NCBI GenBank assembly: GCA_048886185.1
Contig: JBHLKY010000015.1
Span: 102,398 to 128,237 of the forward strand
Reading direction: 5' to 3'
DNA length: 25,840 bases
DNA from: Candidatus Hermodarchaeota archaeon
GTDB taxonomy: Archaea; Asgardarchaeota; Heimdallarchaeia; Hodarchaeales; Hodarchaeaceae
In this document: piece after piece, positions 18,556-25,840 of the stretch
Numbering within the stretch: position 1 is the stretch's first letter
How the letters are laid out: each line of letters begins with the position of its first letter
Made by a program: the position numbers and the translations under genes
Notes under the pieces: generated by a model
Databases searched by the model: none
Told to the model about the DNA's origin: nothing
Seen by the model: the letters and a program-made list of their open reading frames with translations, nothing else

Positions 18556-19053
18556 AGTTTTGTCGGACTTATTATTTGAAGTAGATAAATCCAAAGCTTG
18601 ACTATTTTTATTGTCATTGGTTACTGGGTTGTGTTATGTAGATCTCAGCGTTTATCCAATATCTCAATAAATAGAGATAGATTTTTTTCTCATCCGAGAT
18701 ATCATAGATTCTAATTGATTTGACTGCGTAATATGGTAATTTACCTTTTTCTTGATTGGCTAGATAATTCCTTCGGATTTCTTTATAACTTTTTCTAATG
18801 AGATTACTTTTGATTAGTTAAAACCTTTAAATCCATTTCCTACTATTTAACTCTTTCTCCTTTTATATATTGAAATCTAAAAATGTGCATACTTATGCAT
18901 GCATCTAAAGAATATGAGGCAATAGTCTTTATTTTTGGAAAAATAAAGTTTTGAGGGATAGGGGTGACAAGTGTATTTTTGTAGTATTTGAACTTAACTT
19001 TCCTTTTTCTCTCTAATAGCTGCCTATAATTTCTGAACAAGTCCGACAAAACT
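18556..19053. mobile_element. MITE-like or internally deleted IS remnant (498 bp) with 15-bp perfect terminal inverted repeats
   Basis: AGTTTTGTCGGACTT (18556-18570) is the exact reverse complement of AAGTCCGACAAAACT (19039-19053). Read as 13-bp TIRs, the flanks are CTAG (18554-18557) and CTTG (19052-19055). There is no intact transposase; two K/R-rich minus-strand frames lie inside. Confidence 0.6.
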
Positions 19054-19466
19054 TGAAAATATTGGTCTCATTCGAGAATTATACTATGAAAGGAGTTCAT
19101 ATTAATATTTAAAAGTTTAAAAAAGACTGATACTACTAGAATTGTAGATTTTAGGCCAACTTCTCGTCTTAATTCATTAATAGCTCTGATTAGAGGTCAT
19201 CAGATCATCATAATTATATTTTTTATTCTTATAGTTCAGTTTGGAAATCAAAATTTCTTTTCTATTATTTTATGGATTTTGAATGAAAAGTAATTAATCG
19301 AATAATTTAGCTAGAAAACTTATTCGCCTTTTAATAGATATACGGATAATTTTTTTAGTACCTCATTTAATAGATGAATCCTTGATCATTTAAAGTGGAA
19401 GAAACTAAGTTTTATGCGATAATTCCCGTTTTAGGGTTTGTATCAATCGAATAATGTTTCTAATTC

Positions 19467-19512
19467 AATTTGATCATGGATTCTAGAAGTTTTAAACCTA
19501 ATTTGATCAAAT
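19467..19512 (+). promoter_or_regulatory. Candidate promoter/operator of the MarR-like gene
   Basis: TTTAAA at 19491-19496 is followed by the perfect palindrome ATTTGATCAAAT (19501-19512). AATTTGATCA is directly repeated at 19467 and 19500, and a third TGATCA lies at 19383-19388. Confidence 0.4.
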
Positions 19513-19533
19513 ATCGTAGTAGGTGAGCTTATC

Positions 19534-20046
19534 CTGAAATATCTTAAAGAAAAGGGGTTTAACGTCTCAGGTGAATCTCAATATGAACATTTAATTGATA
19601 AATTGTCAGTAAAATCCATAATAATGTTGAATTTAGTAAGAGATCATCCTGGTATTAATGCTACAACAATTCAAAAACAATTAAACCTTGAAAGTAAACA
19701 CACTTTCTTGAAATATATGAGACAATTATTAAATAATGGTTTAGTTGAATTTCAAAAAGGTGAGAAGGACAAAAGACAAAAACATTTTGAATTGACTAGT
19801 AAAGGTCATGCTATTAGGCAGTTAATTCTTAAAAATGAGTTAGAAGACGCTTTAAACTTCTTCTTTAAATACTGCGAAGAAATATTTCTTAACTTCTACC
19901 CTGAATATATTAATTCAGATGAATGGCTAAATTTCAAAGAAAAGATAGGATATGTTGATGCTCTTGTTGAGAATTTAGAAAAACAAGTTCTGTCTTATAT
20001 TAAGACTTCTTTGGAAAATACAAACGATTTTAAAAAAGAAAAATAA
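19534..20046 (+). CDS. MarR-like winged helix-turn-helix transcriptional regulator (147 aa from TTG 19603; ~170 aa if started at CTG 19534)
   Basis: HPGINATTIQKQLNL...YMRQLLNNGLVEF...DKRQKHFELTSKG matches the wHTH/MarR wing motif D-x-R...LT-x-x-G. The frame is open back to a TGA at 19504-19506. AGGTGA (19521-19526) lies 7 nt before CTG 19534. Confidence 0.8.
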   Translation: MKYLKEKGFNVSGESQYEHLIDKLSVKSIIMLNLVRDHPGINATTIQKQLNLESKHTFLKYMRQLLNNGLVEFQKGEKDKRQKHFELTSKGHAIRQLILKNELEDALNFFFKYCEEIFLNFYPEYINSDEWLNFKEKIGYVDALVENLEKQVLSYIKTSLENTNDFKKEK

Positions 20047-20150
20047 ATTAAAATTAAGCAAAAGAGATCTCTGCGGAGTAATATTATAGACTTGAGAGAA
20101 GGCCAAGAAAACTATTTTTCATAAAACATTGAAAGCGTATTCTAATCAGG

Positions 20151-23100
20151 CTATAAATATCGTTGTCGATTCATTTTTCCAAGGATTAGGATTAAACTAA
20201 TTACTATAAAAAGGGAACCAAAGATTATTCCAGCAGCCACTCCTTCTGCGGTCAATCCTGCACGAATATCATTTGAATCTTCACTAGATGATTTTTTCTG
20301 AATTGATAGCAGTTCTGAAGAGATTTCTGCTGTTTCTTTTCTTTCTTCAGTAAAAAACGTAAATTGGACATTATCCCAGTTACCAGCTAAATCGCTTGCA
20401 TAAACATTCAGTATGTGCTTTCCATCTTCTTCTGGTAAAACCATTTCATATATAATACATGTTTTGTTTAGAGATCCATCCCAATTGTAAACAACTGTAT
20501 CAAGGTGTGAGTCATTAATTTCTAGGGTAATTACTGAACCTGATGGTAGTGTACTCATATTTTGGTAATCTAATAACCTAATTTCTGGTTTAGTGTCATC
20601 AATTGTAAAAGTGATGACTTTTATTGTCCAATGTCCAACATAATCTCTAGCAAAAATGTATAGAGTATGATTACACTCGCCTTCAGGTAATTTAACTATA
20701 TAAGGAGGAATTATAGAACTATTCTGAGTTCTATCCCAACAGTAAAGTACACTATCAAGATTTTCATCAGTCACATTGAATTTAATTTCAGATCTAGATG
20801 ACAATATACTCTTATTATTAAAAGTCCCCAAAAATATGTCTGGGATTATTGTATCGATTGTAAAGATTACTGTTACATATTGCTCATTACCAACAGAATC
20901 ATTTCCATATGCATATAGGGTGTAAATTCCATCGGAGAGTGTTCGGTTAACGTTTGTGGTCCATGTATTGTTTGAACTATCTAAGGTATCAATAATGTAC
21001 CAATAATTGATGGCATCACCCGAAATTATAACTGTTATAGTATTGGCTGAATAAGCAGTTGGTATTGGTAAATCGATATTCACTGTTGGGGGCGTAGTAT
21101 CGATTGTTAGAGTGATTGCTACATGCTGCTCGTTTCCTACTGAATCATTACCATAAGCATTTAGTATGTAGGTGTTATCGCTTAATGTTCGATCTACAGA
21201 AGTTGTCCATGTCAAATTGTATGAATCTAATCCGTGAATGAAGTACCAATAATTATTGGCATCACCAGAAAGTGTGACAGTCACTGAACTGGTTGAGTAA
21301 GTTATCGATACTGGTGAATCAATGTTCACAGTCGGTGGAGTAGTATCGATGGTAAATATTACTGAAGTGTGAGCTACATTCCCCACAGAATCATTACCAA
21401 ATGTATGTAGTGAATAAATTCCATCACTTAATATTCTATCCAATTTTGATATCCATGAACTATTTGTATCATCAATACCTTGAATGTAGTACCAATAATG
21501 CGTAGCGTCACCTGAAAGTGTAATAAATACAGTACTGGTTGTATAAGTTGTTGTAGTTGGTGAATCGATATTCACTGTTGGTGGGGTGGTATCAATGGTA
21601 AAGATAGCTATTATATGTTGTTCATTGCCAACTGTGTCGTTTCCATAGACATGTAAAGTGAAAGATCCATCAATTAAAGTACGATTTTCCTTTACAGTCC
21701 AGGTAATGTTTGAACTGTCAACATCTTGTATAAAATACCAATAATGGTCTGCATCGCCTGAAAATATCACAGTTATTGTACTGGTTGGATAAATTTCCGC
21801 ATTTGGTGAATCTATGAACACCTCTGGCGGCGTTGTATCAATTGTGAATGTTACTGTTGTATGCTGGTCATTACCTACTGAGTCATTACCATATGAATGA
21901 AGCGTATAAGTTCCATCACTCAGTACACGAATTTCGTCAGTCATCCATGTCTTATTAACAACATCAATATTTTGGATGTAGTACCAGTAATGGTCTGCAT
22001 CGCCTGAGAAAGAAATTGTTATTGAACGAGTTGTATAGGCTATTGCAGTTGGAGAATCAATATTAATTGTTGGGGGAGTTGTATCAATTAAAAATAATAA
22101 TGTTACATGTTGTTCATTACCAACAGTATCATTTCCATATGCATGTAGCGGATATGTACCATCTAATAGGATTCGGTCAATATTTGAAGTCCAGGTATTA
22201 TTGAAATCATCAACTCCCTGAATATAATACCAGTAGTTAACTGCATCACCAGATAGCATAATAGTAATTTTTGAGGTAATATAAGTAATAGCTATTGGGG
22301 AATCAATATTTACCGTCGGAGGGGTCGTATCAATTGTGAATGTCACTGAAACATGTTGTTCATTTCCAACAGTATCATTCCCGTACGCATGTAACGTATA
22401 ATTTCCATCTGATAGCGTTCTATCCTCATTACTGATCCAAGATCTATTTTTAAAGTCCACTCCCATTATGTAGTACCAATATTGGTCGGGGTCTCCTGAA
22501 AGGGATACACTGATTATACTGGTTGCATAAGTTTTAGCTATTGGTGATTCAATTGTTATTGTGGGAGGAGTAGTATCAATTGCGAATACCATTGACACAT
22601 GTTGTTCATTACCTACTGAATCATTACCATAAGCGTGTAATGTGTATGTGCCATCGTTTAGCGTTCTATCTTTGCTTGCTGTCCAAATTATTATAGCGTT
22701 GTCAATATCCTGAATATAGTACCAATAGTGTACTGCATCACCTGATAGTGTCACGGTTATTGTACTGGTTGCATAAATTGTTGGGGTTGGTGAATCGATG
22801 TTAACTGCTGGCGGGGTCGTATCAATTGTGAACGTCGCTGAAACATGTTGTTCATTTCCAACTGTATCGTTTCCATAAGCATGTATTGTGAAAGATCCGT
22901 CTACCAATGTACGATCTTCATTAACTATCCAAGTTATGTTTGAACTATCTATATTTTGGATATAATACCAGTAGTGATCAGCATTTCCTGATAATGAAAC
23001 AGTTATTGTGCTAGTTGGATAGGCTTTAGCTGTTGGTGAATTGATATTTACTGTTGGCCCTGTTGTGTCAATTGCAAAGGTTACAGATCTATGTGTTAAA

Positions 23101-25670
23101 TATTCACTAGTATCATTTCCATAAGCGTGTAATGTGTATGTGCCATCTAAAAGTGTACGACTAACATTTATGGTCCATGTGATATTAGAACTATCAACAT
23201 GTTCAATATAATACCAATAATGCAATGCATTTCCAGATAAAGTGACTGGAATAGAAGAGGTTGTGTAGATAGTATCTATTGGTGAGGTAATATTCAAAAT
23301 TGGACCTTGAGGTCTTGATGTAGACGATAAACTAAATTTTCCTGAACCAACATTTGTAAATGATGTTTTTACCACCAAATAATAAGTTCCATTCTTTTCT
23401 GTTGTATAAACGATTTTTTCATCTACTCCAAGTTCAAAATTTGTTGAATTTGCAGCTATTACAGGTTCCCCAAATTGGTTTGGGTCTGGTTCATATAAAA
23501 AAAGATCAAAATCCGCTCCATCTGGAACAGTAATTTCAAAGGTATAATTTGTCCCTTTAATCAATGTTACATTTTCTACCCAAACCTTCCGTTTTCCTAT
23601 TTCAGAGGATAACGTATCATTTACTAATGTTCCAATTTCATAAGTATTTTCGATAGCTTCAATAGCTGCATAAATATTTAACCTTCCATAACCTTCTACA
23701 GGATCCTTCCCTCCTCTATCATCTGAATATATTTCATTGGCGGTCATGAGGATCAATTGCTTTATTCTAAATGGATTAGTGGCTGATCCATAGCCTTCTT
23801 TCCAAAAATTATAGCCACCCATTGCTTGAATTAATAAGGCCAAGGATCCAGAGACAAATGGACAAGACATCGATGTTCCCTGAATATTAGTGAAATCGTT
23901 TGTAAATTTATCACTCCACGTAAAAGTTTTGGAGTCTGCATCATTACTATCAACTTGAAGGATACCTCCTTGAATCCTTTCCCCCCCAGGCGCAGCAATG
24001 TCTGGTTTTGTTGTATTAGACACTTCACCTGGTCCTTCCGAAGAATAGCTAGTGATGATGTCATAATCATCTGAAGCTGCCACAGTAATTGCTCCATCAA
24101 CTTGTCCAGGACTATAAATTGAATTTGATCCCTGACCATAATTACCTGCAGATAATACTACTGTTACTCCAGAATTCACAAGAGCAGCAGCAGCAGAGTC
24201 AACCGACGTAACTGTATCACGAAAGCTAAATGATCCAGACGCGACAATAATATGATAAGGTTCTTTATTATTCTTAATCCAATTAAAAGCTTCGATTACT
24301 TCAGCTGATGTACCATACCCAGATTTATCAAATATTTTTACTCCTACTAGCTTTACATCTGGTGCAACACCTGTAAAGCGGCTATGATTATCAGTTGGAT
24401 CTGGATATGGGTACTTATTGACACCTGCGATATCTAATAATCCTCCACTCATTCCCCAACTAACACCAAGGACTACTTTCCAATACCCAAAAGAATTTTC
24501 TGAGGACACAAAATGGTTCACAGTCATATTCGATTTACCTGATCTATCACTTACTATCTCAGTTCCGTTTGGAGCATATAGTTCCAGATATGTTCCCTTC
24601 GCATCCTTTTCCCCTTGCCACACATAATTAATGTCTATTACACCTGTTCGATTTACCCACAGGATATAAAAGAAAGAACCCGATTTCCCCCATTCTTCAT
24701 AACTGTAACTCCACGTAGATACTATTCTCCCATCGTCATAACTATCATTCAATTCATTTGCAGCAACTATTCCTGCTACATGGGAACCATGTCCAATATA
24801 ATCTTCTGGTGTTGTTGACCCATCAGTAGTTGCATCATACCACCCGACAATCTTTTTTGACCAATCTTGATCTTCATATCCAGGTGAGAAAGCGATATGT
24901 GAATCATCAATTCCTGTATCAAGAACTGCTACTGCAATATTAGGATCACCAGTATAATTCAGCTCATCCCACACAAATGTACGCACCATTCCTAGATGTG
25001 TTGATACATCGGAATTTCTAATGGTAGGTAAATTTTCTTCTATCAATACAATATTTGACCCTACTTGTTTAGAAAACTCTTTTATCTTTGAGGTGTCAAT
25101 TTCACCACTAAAACCATATACTATATCCGTAGGATCATTCCATTTATGATGAACTACTCCTCCTAATTTCTCAAATAATACCAATTCATCCTTAACGATA
25201 TCAGTTTTTGTGGTAATAATTATGGATACAATCGAATTGTCTTCAGAACTATTACTAATGATCTTTTTTTCTAAACTATCAGAGATATGATTCGCATTTT
25301 CGTCTAACCGATTAATTTGTTCATTTCTCATTTTTTCAATGTCAATAAGGTTATTCAGTTGTTTATCTTTGATTAATGGTGATTGAATTTCAAGATTTGC
25401 TGATATGTTTGCTGATAAAGGAGGAATGGAAGATAAAATTTCTCTTTTAGATGTAAGTAAATTCCTTTTATTTTCTAGTAAAAATTTATATCCATGAGTT
25501 GAATCTTTTTCTTTTGAAAGAACACCATACATTGAATTAGTATAGGTAGAGACCGTAAAAAAGCTTATTAGAATAATAATTTTAATTAGCGATAGGAATT
25601 GAACTTTCACTCCACAACACATTGTTAAATTATCTTTATAGGAACTAGAAGAGAGAGTTTTTGTATGCAA
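20151..25670 (-). CDS. Membrane-anchored subtilisin-like serine protease (S8) with I9-like prodomain, PPC-like domains, 12 Ig-like stalk domains and a C-terminal TM
   Basis: Catalytic motifs VAVLDTGID (Asp 24918-24920), GHGSHVAGIVA (His 24789-24791), SAGN, and GTSMSCPFVSG (Ser 23871-23873). N-terminal hydrophobic segment; C-terminal GVAAGIIFGSLFIVISLILILG followed by KMNRQR. The start could be TTG 25670, ATG 25622 or GTG 25610. Confidence 0.95.
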   Translation of the reverse strand: MHTKTLSSSSYKDNLTMCCGVKVQFLSLIKIIILISFFTVSTYTNSMYGVLSKEKDSTHGYKFLLENKRNLLTSKREILSSIPPLSANISANLEIQSPLIKDKQLNNLIDIEKMRNEQINRLDENANHISDSLEKKIISNSSEDNSIVSIIITTKTDIVKDELVLFEKLGGVVHHKWNDPTDIVYGFSGEIDTSKIKEFSKQVGSNIVLIEENLPTIRNSDVSTHLGMVRTFVWDELNYTGDPNIAVAVLDTGIDDSHIAFSPGYEDQDWSKKIVGWYDATTDGSTTPEDYIGHGSHVAGIVAANELNDSYDDGRIVSTWSYSYEEWGKSGSFFYILWVNRTGVIDINYVWQGEKDAKGTYLELYAPNGTEIVSDRSGKSNMTVNHFVSSENSFGYWKVVLGVSWGMSGGLLDIAGVNKYPYPDPTDNHSRFTGVAPDVKLVGVKIFDKSGYGTSAEVIEAFNWIKNNKEPYHIIVASGSFSFRDTVTSVDSAAAALVNSGVTVVLSAGNYGQGSNSIYSPGQVDGAITVAASDDYDIITSYSSEGPGEVSNTTKPDIAAPGGERIQGGILQVDSNDADSKTFTWSDKFTNDFTNIQGTSMSCPFVSGSLALLIQAMGGYNFWKEGYGSATNPFRIKQLILMTANEIYSDDRGGKDPVEGYGRLNIYAAIEAIENTYEIGTLVNDTLSSEIGKRKVWVENVTLIKGTNYTFEITVPDGADFDLFLYEPDPNQFGEPVIAANSTNFELGVDEKIVYTTEKNGTYYLVVKTSFTNVGSGKFSLSSTSRPQGPILNITSPIDTIYTTSSIPVTLSGNALHYWYYIEHVDSSNITWTINVSRTLLDGTYTLHAYGNDTSEYLTHRSVTFAIDTTGPTVNINSPTAKAYPTSTITVSLSGNADHYWYYIQNIDSSNITWIVNEDRTLVDGSFTIHAYGNDTVGNEQHVSATFTIDTTPPAVNIDSPTPTIYATSTITVTLSGDAVHYWYYIQDIDNAIIIWTASKDRTLNDGTYTLHAYGNDSVGNEQHVSMVFAIDTTPPTITIESPIAKTYATSIISVSLSGDPDQYWYYIMGVDFKNRSWISNEDRTLSDGNYTLHAYGNDTVGNEQHVSVTFTIDTTPPTVNIDSPIAITYITSKITIMLSGDAVNYWYYIQGVDDFNNTWTSNIDRILLDGTYPLHAYGNDTVGNEQHVTLLFLIDTTPPTINIDSPTAIAYTTRSITISFSGDADHYWYYIQNIDVVNKTWMTDEIRVLSDGTYTLHSYGNDSVGNDQHTTVTFTIDTTPPEVFIDSPNAEIYPTSTITVIFSGDADHYWYFIQDVDSSNITWTVKENRTLIDGSFTLHVYGNDTVGNEQHIIAIFTIDTTPPTVNIDSPTTTTYTTSTVFITLSGDATHYWYYIQGIDDTNSSWISKLDRILSDGIYSLHTFGNDSVGNVAHTSVIFTIDTTPPTVNIDSPVSITYSTSSVTVTLSGDANNYWYFIHGLDSYNLTWTTSVDRTLSDNTYILNAYGNDSVGNEQHVAITLTIDTTPPTVNIDLPIPTAYSANTITVIISGDAINYWYIIDTLDSSNNTWTTNVNRTLSDGIYTLYAYGNDSVGNEQYVTVIFTIDTIIPDIFLGTFNNKSILSSRSEIKFNVTDENLDSVLYCWDRTQNSSIIPPYIVKLPEGECNHTLYIFARDYVGHWTIKVITFTIDDTKPEIRLLDYQNMSTLPSGSVITLEINDSHLDTVVYNWDGSLNKTCIIYEMVLPEEDGKHILNVYASDLAGNWDNVQFTFFTEERKETAEISSELLSIQKKSSSEDSNDIRAGLTAEGVAAGIIFGSLFIVISLILILGKMNRQRYL
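20856..23306 (-). repeat. Ten tandem 82-aa (246-bp) Ig-like repeats of the protease stalk, followed by two divergent ~85-aa units down to ~20350
   Basis: Consensus DTTPPTVNIDSP...SGDA-x-HYWYYIQ...N-x-TW...R-x-L-x-DGTYTLHAYGNDSVGNEQHV...FTI, counted in the translated ORF. Confidence 0.92.
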
Positions 25671-25708
25671 TTATTAAGCTCCAAAATCATTAGGTATTAT
25701 GATTACTG

Positions 25709-25715
25709 TTATAAA
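25709..25715 (-). promoter_or_regulatory. TATA-box-like TTTATAA upstream of the protease gene
   Basis: About 40 nt upstream of TTG 25670, which fits an archaeal promoter with a short leader. The AT-rich context weakens this call. Confidence 0.3.
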
Positions 25716-25840
25716 GCACTTATATCCTATTTATGATAAAGGATTCTATCTGGACTGTTCGTACCGTCACAGAAATTTTTATTAATAAGCTTATTATTTT
25801 CAGGTGTAAGAGCGCGCAACTATTTTTCAAAAGAAGAGAA

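Noticed and set aside
18886-19108. Short palindromes TGCATA-CT-TATGCA (18886-18899), TATGAA-AGGAG-TTCATA (19085-19101) and ATATTAATAT (19099-19108)
   Set aside because: Six-bp arms are expected by chance in such AT-rich DNA, and none of them recurs.
20047-20150. Possible terminators between the convergent regulator and protease genes
   Set aside because: Only short T-tracts are present and there is no convincing hairpin, so a specific site cannot be supported.
23831-24818. ORFs 23831-24139 (-), 24418-24627 (+) and 24615-24818 (+)
   Set aside because: They are out-of-frame or antisense overlaps of the S8 catalytic domain.
1-25840. rRNA, tRNA, reverse transcriptase/DGR or cas genes
   Set aside because: None was recognised. 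The repeat variation is mostly synonymous and not adenine-specific, so a diversity-generating retroelement is not indicated.

Overview
This is an AT-rich, probably archaeal cell-envelope locus; an Asgard-like origin is inferred, not shown. Two-thirds of the window is one giant minus-strand gene that the ORF track misses because it has no stop codon inside the window. It starts at ATG 17421 and runs in frame off position 1, giving at least 5,807 aa. It encodes an N-terminal hydrophobic signal/anchor, a parallel beta-helix region with four Gly-rich inserts, a ~200-aa beta-rich module of a different style, and at least 47 tandem ~100-aa Ig/Fn3-like units dense in N-glycosylation sequons. The units fall into ordered subtype blocks (A3-[B/C]18-chimera-D8-A2-D15+) with signs of recent unequal crossover or gene conversion. 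Upstream lie a small membrane-anchored Cys-containing protein gene, a ~500-bp MITE-like element with 15-bp perfect terminal inverted repeats, and a MarR-like regulator with a candidate palindromic operator. The last gene is a 1,839-aa membrane-anchored subtilase (S8) with a ~125-aa insertion in its catalytic domain and a 12-domain Ig-like stalk. Nearly all plus-strand ORFs in the track are antisense shadows. All domain calls come from motif recognition by eye; no database searches were run.
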